Below, in pieces: positions 14,650 to 27,600 of a DNA stretch of 64,000 bases. Every line of letters starts with the position of its first letter. Position 1 is the first letter of the stretch. Source of the DNA: Lingula anatina (taxonomy: Eukaryota; Animalia; Brachiopoda); the NCBI GenBank assembly GCA_051362555.1, contig CM120646.1:13888001-13952000 (forward strand). Direction: 5' to 3'. Below the pieces are notes generated by a model that was not told where the DNA came from, did no database searches, and saw only the letters and a list, made by a program, of their open reading frames with translations. The position numbers and the translations under genes are program-made.

Positions 14650-14892
14650 GGCCCCGTTCCCATATACCCCATCGGTCTACATGGATCGACCCAACTCTGT
14701 GAGGAGTCTTGCTGACTGCAATGGGCTTAACTAAATGACTCGCCTCCTCCAGGCGTTAAGTAGAACACAGAAACACTGGTGATAATACGGGAATGTTGGA
14801 AACAAGAGGAGGGGAGTCATTCAGTTAAGCTGATTGCACTTGAGGGACACCGCAGAGCTGGGTCGATCCACGTAGACTATGGGAATGGGGTC
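14650..14892. mobile_element. Fold-back Tourist/PIF-Harbinger-like MITE
   Basis: Imperfect ~90-bp inverted arms (GGCCCCGTTCCCATA..GTCTACATGGATCGACCCAACTCTG vs CAGAGCTGGGTCGATCCACGTAGACTATGGGAATGGGGTC) flanked by TTA on both sides. Degenerate half copies at ~20340-20440 and ~49235-49320. Confidence 0.7.
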
Positions 14893-17335
14893 TTAATGTG
14901 TACTTTCCCTTTGATGAGCGTCCTTAGTCATACCATATTTCATACTGGTATAAGATGCAATGTTCACATTGTCAGATTAATCAATCCATGTCTTATCGAA
15001 AAATGCAGCATTTTTGTAGCACGAGCAGTGATTAAGTAGGCTAATACTGACCAGAGGAAACCCACCATGTATGGTGTAACAATTTTAAATAGTGTTCTTA
15101 GGGAAGGGCCCAGGAGGCCGTCGAAAGGTCATGGTCAACTTTTGTTTACCTGTATGAACCGATTTAAAGGTGGTCGATCGAAGATATCAAGAACGTGTCC
15201 ACTAAAAAATGATTGGGCTCAAGAGTACTCCCTAGATATAGAATTGATTTTAGAGCTTAAACTGGGTAACCTGGGTCCAGTTAAAAAAAAAATAGATAAA
15301 TGATAAAAATAAGTCAGTTCCCTGGCTAAGGATGTGTGGAAGTGTCCGTGAGAGTGCTGTTACACTGTTCCTGATAGGGTAAGGTGTGTGCATGTGACCT
15401 TGTTACGTTGGTAACTGGAAATGACTCTTTTTTTGTGAAACTGGGACCTATTTCATTAATGGTGACTGTGATTGAGTCTTGTTCTTTGACGTACACTGTC
15501 AAGAGACAGCATTTGCACAGCCAAGGGGTCAGGCGTCCAATTAGAACTCTATACAAAGTGAAATACATCCATTTCCCAATTAGAAGTAATTCTAGAGGGG
15601 ACATGCCATATCAAAAAGAAAATTCATTGTCAATGCAGATGATACGAAACAAATGACTATTTTATTCAATTTCTAAATATAGCTTGAACTAGTAAGGAGA
15701 CGTTAAATCTAAAACAATACCGAAGCATCTTTGAAATACAAACGCCTTCTAAAAACTACTGGACGACTTATTGAAGCGAAAGCTGTGCAAATGTGCATCT
15801 TATTCTAGTTAGTAAAATACAAAAGGAAGAAGTAAAAAATAATAAAGATGATGGCATGTATCATGTTAATTTTAGCACTATGCACCTAGCATAGGCACTG
15901 GTCAAAAGGCCAGTTCACCGACAGCAAGGAAATTTTTGAACAAGTGGCAATTCAGTGACAGATATTTTGATAACAGATTCAACTGGGTCGGCCATATTTG
16001 ATCCGCGGGTCTGTTAGTCTTCTGCTCTGAATGCGCTATAAGTTTAGACCGATGGTCGGGCTGTTCTTATGGGGTAATGTTCTCTCTAGCCTCACGAGTT
16101 ACACCGACCTCAATTAAGTCTGACTTGCACATAGGCCTTTTAAGCTGAAAAGAACACGTAATCCCCCCATTAAAAAGAGCTGCCTATCTGCGCCCCTGAA
16201 CACCCGTGACGGGGAAATGACCAGTTTAATGTTCATTGCTAAATAGTAATTATGAGTTAATAATGCCCACTTGGATATCACCCTGTGTTATTTAGCTGGC
16301 GTAATTCACTTAAAGGTTGAATGAACTCCTTAATTAGCAATTCATAAAGACGTAATGTTGGCAGTTTTGAAATATTAGGTGAGTGGGAACAAGGGTTACC
16401 TTACACTGAAGTATTATCTAACTGGTTCCTTCATTTTACCAGACATTTGTGCTTCAAGTGGAATATTCTCATGGATGTCACATCTCCAAGTGATAGAAAA
16501 GAAAGTGGAATGTTACGCAATTATGAACATGTTATCTAAGATTAACAGAAATTAAATCTAGCATATTAAATATCAGTTGCTATTGTGATCGATTTTCAAC
16601 ACTTATCCTGCGAAAGCTTTCATTCATGATTTAAGAAAATAATATTTATATAAGAATATCAAATACTGGTACTTCAGTGAATCACCTGTACATGTACTTA
16701 AAAGTCTTGTGATGCTAATTAACGTAATTTTAACATCAACAAAGTACATTTTCTATCAAGTTCAATTTTTTTCGTTTATTCAATATGTATTTCTTTTTCA
16801 TTTTATTTGTTTACAGTGCAATTGCTGGACAGTTTCAGGTATATGTAGTATACAAACACAATGACCCATTTTTCATGAGAATACAAAATGTTCGCTCTTT
16901 TTGATGTGAAACAAAAAAAGTAGTTTTAAAACATTTGGTTCAACGAGGCACCTTGCACAGCAATTCCCGTAGGCCTATTGTTTTACTTCAAACTGGCAAA
17001 AGCGGTTTTGAAGTTATGGTCATAACAGCATGCAAGGCAATGAAATGGAAAGAGGGACCCAATACTTGAAATATATAAGCATTATTAGGCTTACCATTCA
17101 CAGTGCACTAAAACACTCTGTATCTATAGTTAAGATGAAATGTTAAAAACATTTCTGTATAAAATTCAAAGCAGGATTTTAGAAAATTAAGATTTGATCT
17201 AGAGCAAGAAAAAAACGACAGATAATTAATGCCTTTTCACATTTATTCACAATGTCTTTCATGCAGATTCAGATTTCTTGCAGTTTTCAATGCAGCACAA
17301 AGTAACACATAACGGTTGTGTAGCCTACCTCATTG

Positions 17336-17338
<3 letters not shown>

Positions 17339-17369
<31 letters not shown>

Positions 17370-17380
17370 GAGAGAGAGAC
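17339..17380. repeat. (AG)n microsatellite
   Basis: Direct observation. Confidence 0.9.
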
Positions 17381-18008
17381 AGTGATAATAGGTTTCATAA
17401 AAGACACGTGATGGTACCCACACGTGATGGTACCAATACAAGGCACGCTCCTTACGCAGCACAATTATGCCGATCACGTGCTCTCACGCGAGAATATCAT
17501 GCCCTGCACAAATAAACGTGTGGCAGAAAACATTCATAACCTTTCTGACTAATTCTTGCGATTAAAAAATGCATGCCTTTCTCTGACAGCTCTATAAACG
17601 TTCCATGATCCCGAACATTAAATCTAGCTTATCGTCCAATCTTCTTTCTTCCCATTACATAATAGGCCCCTGAAGATAAAGAAGACAAATTTTACATTTG
17701 TCACTATTACACAATAACATACCGTTTGCGCTAGTGATATAGAAAGAATTCCTCTGACTTGTAGACCTCCCAAATGGCGCCTTCTATGAAGTTACTTCTT
17801 GTAGCTTAGCCCAGTATTTTAAGAAGTTTTTTTTCAACGAAGACAGAATTTGTTCATACCCTGCATTGCTCTGACCAAACACTCTCCTCAGATTAAACTT
17901 TTTGTTTCACTGATAGAATCGATTATTTCTCCTTTAGTGTCTTACTTTGATCTTGTTGTTGTTTTCTTTAGGTGGCAGAAAGTGAGACTGTTCAGTAAGC
18001 ACAGTAAA

Positions 18009-21000
18009 ATGAAGAATAAAATGCCCGTTGCCATGGAGATGCAAATAACTTTTATATGTCTGTTGGTGGGGACGCTTAACATAGTGACAGCTACACACGC
18101 AGGTAAGATAAAGGCCCCTATAGTCACGTAAGTAGGACGTATTTGTATATGAGGTAATTGTATATGATGTTATTTTAAGTCTGGTGCTTAAATAACCGAA
18201 TAAAGGTCTTGTGTGTATCAGGGGATGTTTCAGCGTTCTTCTTTTTAGAATGTACATGTTCTTCTCTTTAATTGGCTCTAAATCATTGCTGGTAGTGTCT
18301 TGAAGAATTACTGGGCACGGAAACATCGGTCCATAGTTGTTGCTAATATTTCAGGAGGTTCGTGAATTTTGAAACGCACGATTTGTAAATTGTGATCTTG
18401 ATTTCTTCGTGTACCAGGTAACCCGACATGTTTTAGATTACTTTGTTCCACAGAGGTACTTTAATTAAACCATGAGTGATCATATTTATGTATGATTTGT
18501 GCCGCTCGTGTTGTTTAATGTGTAATTAAAGAAGGGGGATATGTGTTTTGAGGCCGCGAATCCAGGGTCATAAGTAGACTCAAGTTGATCCCCCTGGAAT
18601 TGGGGCATTGTCGCACCGGGGTATAAATTTGTTCTCACTAGAGCTACTGTAATAAAGTGCTTTGCATGTTCGCGCTCGACGTACTTGACTCGGGGTCCAG
18701 CCTTGTTATTTGCTACGTAATTATATTTGTTTTGGCGTAAAATATGAATACATGCTTTATTTGTAATGATAGTAGCCAAGAGAAAAAATTCAGTTGAAAT
18801 CAATGTAAATGTAATGTGTTTGTGAAAATAGCCTATCTAAATGATTTAACTAAACTTGAATAATGAAAATGCATTTTAAAAAGCCCTTGTAGGTGTAATT
18901 ATTTTTTCAAATATGTTAAAATAATACATTGATCCCTATGCTAGTATTTCCTTCTTGGTACTTTATATTTTTTAATATTTGGTGGAGTACATATAAATGC
19001 ATTCTTTGGCTTGTTTTTCTTTCCCAGCCTTTGGTACAGAGAGACAGCGCTATGACGGATGGTTTAATAACCTGGCCAACCAGAGATGGGGTACCAGAGG
19101 TAAGAATGGACCTGTATAGTCATGTACTAGATGCTAGGTACTCCCATATTAATCAGCCTTTATATCATGTGCATTTAGCCTTTTAAATTATCTTTAAATA
19201 TCCTGAAATTAATGGAAGAAAATAGAGATGGGTGGTCTGTCACATTGGATGCTACTCTTAGTTATAATAAGTAATATACAGCTACCACAAAGGCCCAAGT
19301 CGATGACAATGAAACCCACTGACCCACAGTGTAGACCTGCCTGTGCTTATAGTCTCATTATTTGTAGTACGAAACAAATTAATGTTTGCTCAACCTTGGA
19401 TCTGGTGCTTGTTACTCATGGTTGTCATTGACCCTTTAAAGCTCCCATCTTCTGTACATGCTTCCACAGTGACATAGTATAAGAATGACTAGCAATTAGA
19501 CGCAGACTTGTCATGAGTAAACAGTACTGAAACATGCAAGGACACATAAACAAATTGTTTATGTACACGTTTGGTATCACTGTAGATATATATATACAAG
19601 TTGTTCATGTACACTGATACATGTACCAGCATCTTTGCTTAATGTTTCAAATTGATACAGAAGTTAAGATGTTTCTTAGCAACTCCCTCCCACAGAATTG
19701 TCATGATTTTAAAGTAAAAGTTGAGCAAGAACACATATACTGTTCAGCAGCATCTTTGCATAATGTTTAAATTCTATAATAGTTGTAATATGTTCAACCT
19801 AGCAACTCCCTTCCAACTAGCTGACATGTAAAATACAAAAATACATGGACAAGAGCATAGATACATGCATATACTTGTGATACATGTACACTGTACCAGT
19901 CTGTCTGCAATATGTTTCAGAATGATATAAAAGTTACTGTAATTTTATGATATTTCCAAAAGTTTAAAAATCATAATTAATAACAATTGTTCTTTGCAGG
20001 CTGCCATCTTCTCAATACTGTTCCACAGAGCTATGATGACTACACATACCAACCATCTGGTCAAGGACGTCCAGCCGCCAGGGACATCAGCAATGCTGTC
20101 TTCAATGGAAGCAGCGGACAGCCCTCCTACAACAACCTCACAGCCCTCATGGCTTTCTTTGGTAAATTAGAGGTCTCTTTTTTCTTCCTGAAAATTCAGG
20201 ATGATGTAGTGATCATGGAAATACCCCCTCTGTACAGTGGTGGTTTGTACTATGTTAGCTAACTGTTGACAAACCTTGGCCATTCCTATCTCTGAAGTAG
20301 TCCTTGTCCCATGAAAAAAGTCAAGTCAAAAGTGGGTGTTGGGCCCATTCCCATAGGTATCTTTGGTCTGTGTAGATCAGTCCAACTCTGCCGTAACTCT
20401 AGCTGAGTGCAATTAGCCTTACTGAATGGCACCTCTTCTCCTTTTTTACTGTGATTTGGGCCATGGGTTTACGTATTACATCCTGCAGAGACCTATATTT
20501 TGTTATTTTTTAAGGGTGCTGTTTTTGATAATTTTGAAATTTTTTGGAGCACAGAACCTGATTTAAAATAAGATGGAATCAGTCAATGGCTGGGGTATAA
20601 AACTATTGTATGCACTCATTTATGAAAAAATATATTTTTGATAAAAAGAATAATTTTTTTGCTTAATGGTTATCAGAAATTTGAGAACTTTTTCACTGCA
20701 TAGGCGAAGAAAAAATAATGAAAATGCTTAAGTGATGCCAGAATGGTGTATGTACCGTATTTATCTTTGTGTCATATTCCAGGTCAGTTAGTCACCTACG
20801 AGATCACCTATTCTTCAATGCCAACATGTCCAGTTGAATTGGTCAAAGTTCCTATTCCAAAGTGTGACCAAGATTTTGATCCCAAGTGCTCTGGAAGAGA
20901 GATGATGCCGTTTTATAGAGCTGCATACGATAAAAGGACAGGAAGATCCCCTAATAATCCAAGAAAACAGGTAGTAAATTGAGAACGTGTTATGTAAGAC

Positions 21001-24000
21001 AGTCTAAATTTTTTAATTATTTGATACATGGCAAAGCAATGTTGATGGGTTCAGGCTTTTACAAACTGTGGCATTCAGCAATTGAAAGTACCAAATGAAC
21101 CCATTTCTGGTGTAGTGATGTTTGTTAATGTCTAATTAAGTTAAGCACAAGTTTTTCTGCATCTGTTATTTATGTCACCTGGTCATGTAGCATTACAATT
21201 TGTAATTGCCACCAATAAAAAATGGAAACTTCTCATTTACACTTCTCATTTACTTCACAGATTAATGAAGTTACCAGCTGGATTGATGGCAGCTTTCTCT
21301 ATGGCACACAAGAGGTATGGGCTAACTGTCTGAGGGCCATGCACGATGGACGCCTCAAGTCAGTCAATGGGAGCAGGGAGGAAGAGTTCCCAGCAATGAA
21401 TCATATTCGTCTTCCTCTAGATAACTTCCCTAGTCCACACAAACACAAACTAAGTGATCCCGAGACTAAGTGGAGTAAGTGGTGTATTGAACTTCTTTTT
21501 TCTTGGGTTGTTGTTTAAGTGTGTGTGTGTTAATTTGCTAAGTTATTAATTTATGTATTGATGTATCTTAATCGTTAATTTTTCCCCTTTTTAAATTTAC
21601 ACGGCTGGTTTTTTAGTAATCTTTTAAAAATCTATTTTAATTGCTATTTTTTCCCTTTTCTTTTAAAATTTACACTGCTGATGAAACTTTGTGGTGTTTT
21701 TGTCACGTTTTAATTGTGTTGTTTTCATCATTTTCAGTGTTTGGCCATCCTCGTACCCACATGCACCCTGGCCTCACGGCGCTGGGAATAGTGTGGTTTC
21801 GTTGGCACAATTACATGGCGGATCGGTTCACCAGCATGATGAATACCACCTGGGCTGATGAAGTAATGTTTCACAAGACAAGGCGATGGGTAATCGCAAC
21901 AATGCAGGTAGGTTCCTTACTAGCACTTTCCATTTTTATTTGTGTGTGTGTGTGTGCGTGTGTGTGTGTGTGCATGTGTGTGTGTGTGCATGTGTGTGTG
22001 CATGTGTATGTGTGTTTGTACTAGTAATGAAATTCTATATACATCTTTAAAATGTTAAATTTTAGTGGTAAAATATATTATGCACAGAGGGCCATTTTAT
22101 TGGTAGGGAATTGTAGAGAGTGAAATTTGGTTTCAAAAGTTACCTAGCTTGTATGAACCAAGTTTTTTATCTTTATACACAGTATGAATATGCTGCACAT
22201 GGCATATGGACCTTTTTGTTGCTTGTAAAGGTCCATTATTGACCTGTTGTGACATGATTCCATTACAAGTGCTTACAGATATTTTTTCATATCTTTGGAT
22301 AGTGAAAAATTATGGTTGTTTTAAACCTAGACAAAAATCTTCTGAGAATGTTTTTTATGGGTTTTAGATGGTATTTTGGGTCATCCAAATTGAACAATTT
22401 GTTGTGAGGCACTATTAAAATAAGGCGATCCAGGTCATTGAACTTTATAAGACAAAATCTGAGCTTGTCTCTTAACTTCTAATAGCATTAACAAATTGGC
22501 TTAAAAAGACTGACATCAAGAAAATGGATATTTATTACCTATAAAGATGATGGATATAGGTACTGGACATTGCACATTATAGCATATGCAAATGTTTTGT
22601 TTTGTTGATGATTATGATGCAGTCAAATTTGACCTTATAATATACTGTATTTCTTTAAAGAATATTTTTGAGGAGTTTGTTTTACATGAAGCTAATAGTT
22701 AATGTGACAGTCATGTATTATTTTACAAAAAAAAAAAAAAAAAAAAAAAACAGTAAGTCATCTTCTGTTTGGGGGATCATTACAGACTAGTATTTCTTTC
22801 TTTTTTTTTTTTTTTTGCTCTGTAATATCTTTTTTCCCCACAATTACACACTAGTATTTTTCACTATGTAAAATCTTTTTTCCTCTGTAATATGTTTTTT
22901 CCCTGGAAAAAAGACAACTTTTGCCTGTTCACCAGTCATTGCTTGACCTGTCTTTGCACTTGGATGCTTTATTCCAATTTTAATTTAATGATCGAGTTTT
23001 TAATTACTGTTATTTCATTTTGAATATCATGTCTTCCTGTACATTTCAACAAGAAATATTGCTGTCAGCTATTTAAGTTTTTTTTTTTTTTTTTTAGTTT
23101 TTAAGCACTGAATTGGGAAAGATTAGTAGTTTTGCAGGATATTTAGAATAAAAAAATATGACTTCTTGTAATTTTCATATGAGCACAGTTTCCCTTAAAA
23201 TTCTGAAATTCACACATACTATCTGTTGCTTTTTGTACCTATCTTTAACACACTTTGACTGTAAAATTTAACTTGAGGTGCCAAACATCCCAAAACATTT
23301 GATCAGTGTACAGTACCAAAATGCAAAGAAGTGCTCAAAACTTAAGAAATTTATCTTCATCAAATCCAAAGGTTTGAAACTTTAAAAAATGAGAGATAAT
23401 GATAAGGAATCTCATACATTTCTCACCGACAGACAACCATTATTTTTCAATATGCACTGAAATGTAGCATTTCCCGACCACAGATGTTTTATTGCAGGTG
23501 TGACCAACAGACCCAGGTCACCTGACTGAAAATGACCTTCTCTGGTCAGTATACCTGCTTATTGTAATTTTTTCTTTCTGTTTTTTTAGAACATAATTAT
23601 GTATGAGTGGTTGCCAACACTGTTGAATGAGACGATTCCAGAGTACACAGGTAAGTGAAGATGTTGTGTATCTTAATTGTGTATTATTTATTTTACAAAA
23701 ATATGCTAGCATGATGGTAATGAAGTGTTTTGTCATTATTTCACGGTAATAGTCTCTACTGTGACAGTAAAAATTAGATATCCAAGTGCAGAAGAATATT
23801 TAGGATGGATTAGTTGTGAGAAAAAACTAATGATATGAGGCAAGTTTTAATTTACACACACTAGAAAAACATCAAATTTAAACTTAAATAACATCTTGAC
23901 ACAATATGAAGAAAGCTTACATGAAAACAAAAATTATTTTTTATCAAAATACTTGTATTTATAATATTTGGTCTTCCTGAAATTGAAAAATGCATTTAAA

Positions 24001-24589
24001 TGTCGTTTTCCCCACTAACCCTTCAATGCATGTACCCATGTTAAAGCTTTTATCATAATATCTACTTATAAAAACACTACTGAACAGTTAAAGGTTTTAT
24101 CTATTACTTAGATGACAAAGGATGACAAGAGGTAATTTCCAGAGTTAATCATCCCTGGTGACAGATAAGAAAAATGACCTACAATTTGATGCAATTGTAA
24201 TTTGCAGAACAAGTTCACCTCTGTCTTGTAAATGCTTCTTTTCCATGATGTTAACCCACTGGCTTTGAGGTTTTGATTCTTTGTTACGGCTACTTGAGTA
24301 GAAATGAATGATGATTGTTTTTATGTCTGTCCTGCCCCTCTCCGCCCCTTTATTGCTGTGGTTAATAAGCTCAATTTTTTAAACTCAGATCATGTCAAAG
24401 ATAACAACTTGCAAGATGGTTTCTCATGCTTGTATTGTTTTAAAAATCATTTTCTTTAAGAGGAACTGTAACTTTTATATAGAAGGAAATAGGAGAGCAC
24501 CATACTAAACTGATTAATTTGCAATTTATTTTTGAAAGTGAAACAGAAGGTTAATGTTTGTAAGAGTCAACTTGGATCTCCCCCCCCCC

Positions 24590-24625
<36 letters not shown>

Positions 24626-27600
24626 GTGTTCACTTTTACCATTATCTTTTGACTGCTTTCTGATAATTGTTTCAACGATGGAACTTGGAGCAAAACTGAT
24701 CTCCTGCTTGAAGTAATCAGTTATAATTTCTCCTTGTCCTTTGATTTTACTGATCTTTTCTTGATTAGATAATTGCATAAATGGGTGATACCGTTACGTG
24801 CATGAAGATAAGGATACAGTTATATCTCTTGTCATGTAACAGACATATAAACGAGATCTCATGTAATGAGTCAGATGTTTTTTTTTCTTTCATGCATGAA
24901 GTATAAAATTAGTTTTTCAACAGCCCTTGTGTGAGTTACAGCTTTTTTTTTTCTCTTTTATCAAATTCTTTTCTCAGTAATCTCCACTATCATAGCATGC
25001 CAATATCAATCAGTGATGGTGATTCAAATGGAATGATAAAATGGGATTCTTAACACCATTTACTTTGACTGCAGTAACTTAGTGCCACATGTACCAGTCT
25101 CCGAATACAAGATCTTGTCAGGTGCTTCTTAGATCTCTCACCTGGTACAATCAAAAGAAAAAAGATTGAGATGATAGCGAGAAGATTCAATGTCTTTTAC
25201 AATAGCTGCACTGTTTCGATGTTTTACTGCATGCAATAGATTCATATGAAGACGTGTCGATGTTGAAATGACAATCTAGACTTAATACCTGACCAGTTTT
25301 TACTGTGATTTTATTGAGAGTGGCCATGCAAGGTGCTTGGTCTTGATTGAATTTTTAGGATAATTGGGATTGAACTTGTGACTTTTATATGTATTTTTTG
25401 ATGTTTTTACTAAAATTTGGAGTCTCTGTAGAAAGTTGGCATCAGTTTTATCAATACTTTACAAATAAGGCATTGTTCAGCCCTGGTTATTGCCTACATA
25501 ATTCTTCTTCCACTGTCTGTAAAGCAAGTTATTTTTTTTTCTCCTTATGAAAAAAAAAACAAAAAAAACGGAGGTTTATAATGCCAGAGTTAAGAACTGT
25601 CTTTATACAAAAACTTTTATCTCTGGAGCTCTTCAAACTTTTTTAGATAAAAATGATTTTGATAATGTAAGATGATTTTTAACAGTAGCTTATCCTTTTG
25701 ATATTTAGCTTTCTTATGCCACACATGCATTTAAGGAATCTTATCTATACTCCTTATCTCCTTATCTATACTCCTTATCTATAACTCTCATATAAACTTT
25801 CATAGAATATTTTTTACAAATAATTTACTATATGTTTCATTTTTTTTACATTTTAATAGTTTTTTTAATTGTGCAGTCAGACATTTTTTTTTTTTTTTTT
25901 TTTGTGACCAGACAAATTTACAAACTGAGGAATAATTCCAAGTAATGTTTATTTTACTTCATTTTTTTGCATTTTTGCAGGTTATAAGAACTATATCCAG
26001 CCAGGAGTTACAGCTGCCTTCCATGCTGCAGCCAGCAGATACCTAATCACACTTATACCCCCAGGCTTATATAGAAGGTAAGGCAAGGTCCTTATAACCC
26101 CAGTCTTATATAGAAGGTAGTACATGTACAAAGTCTTAATACCTCAAGGCTTATATTAAAGTTAAGACAAGGTCCTAATACCCCCAGGCTTATATAGAAG
26201 ATAAGACAAGGTCCTTATACCTCTAGGCTTATATAGAAGGTATAATAAGGCCCTTAATATATCTCCAGGCTTATATAGTAGGTAAGACAAGGTCCCTATA
26301 CCCCCAGGCTTATATAGTAGGTAAGACAAGGTCCTTATACCTTTAGGCTTATATAGTAGGTGAGACAAGGTCCTTATACCTTTAGGCTTATATAGTAGGT
26401 AAGACAAGGTCCTTATACCTTCAGGCTTATATATAAGGTTTAATAAAGTCCATATCTGTGGAGCATTTTTAAATTATTAAAAAGTACAACAGAGTGGAGC
26501 CCATGTTTTAAAGCTAATCTTGTTTGTAAAAAAACTTGAAATAAATTCAGCTTCCTTTGACAGTTTTGTATAGTTTGGCCAGTTTTGATCAATAACTTTT
26601 TTTTTGTGTCCACACACAGGTATGCACAAACTAACACATTAAAAAAAAGGATGTTGAAAAATTAGTAACTAAAATTTTATTTCTAGGAATGATCAGTGTG
26701 AGTTCAACAAAGGAGGCAACTTCACAAAGCCCTGGAGGCTATGTAACTCGTACTTTGAGTCTCAGGTAAAGAATGCTCATGGTCGTAACTTTGAAGGTGC
26801 ACAGCTTCTTGTTTGCTGCATTTTACATTACATGATATTTATCTTAATTTGAGCAATTGGATCATGTTTGGTGTCATTTGGTTGTGTAACCTGGAAAATA
26901 TTGCATATGTTTAAATTTTCCTTGGATACAAAGTAAAAAATTTTAATTTTCTTTGCCCCTTACGATTAAACTAACACTTCTCCCCCCCCCCAAATGAAAT
27001 GCTTTGTCATATATTTTCTGGTACTTGCAATACTTAGAAGCTACATTACTGTTAGACATAAAGAGGATGCCAGAGATATGGTAGGTATTGATGTAAATCT
27101 AGAAAATTGACACTTCTTCAGGATCTGTTGGAGAGCTACCATGGGGCACTTGATGAGCTGTTAATGGGAATGGCGTCTCAGATAGCAGAGCGTGAAGACA
27201 CAGTTGTGGTGGATGACGTAAGAGGTACTGGTACAGGGGGTTAATAACCGGGTTATATCCCTCCCCAATCCCCTCAGTTATTTGTTAAATGCTGATTGTT
27301 AATGTTACATTTATTTAATAACATCACACATCTGTGGCCAGTCAGGAAACTTTGTACAGTGAGATCTATGAGTGTTCGTAGAACCTACTTGTAGTTCAAA
27401 TTTTGATGAAGGCACACCCTCTCCCCTCTTCCTAATAAGGTACTATGATATGACTCACTGCCTTCTGGCAAATTGTAATGGTTCTCTATAAAGTCTTCTT
27501 TTTAGACAGTTAATTCTTAAGTATTGATCCTGTTTAGTATATAATTCCATCAGCCAAAGTAATTTTTCAAAAATTTGGGAAATTATTGCATATTGTCACA

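Noticed and set aside
1-17900. DUOXA maturation-factor gene head-to-head with DUOX, as in vertebrates
   Set aside because: No DUOXA-like coding exon was recognised. A minus-strand donor (GTGAGT at 669-674) may mark the first exon of a divergent gene leaving the window, but its identity cannot be supported.
26162-26407. Minus-strand ORF of 13-aa repeats (YLLYKPxGIRTLS)
   Set aside because: It is the antisense translation of the 39-bp minisatellite; there is no independent evidence of coding.
26052-26440. CRISPR-like appearance of the 29-42-bp repeat arrays (also 29684-29920 and 49651-49816)
   Set aside because: Units are contiguous with no unique spacers, there are no cas genes, and the context is eukaryotic introns.
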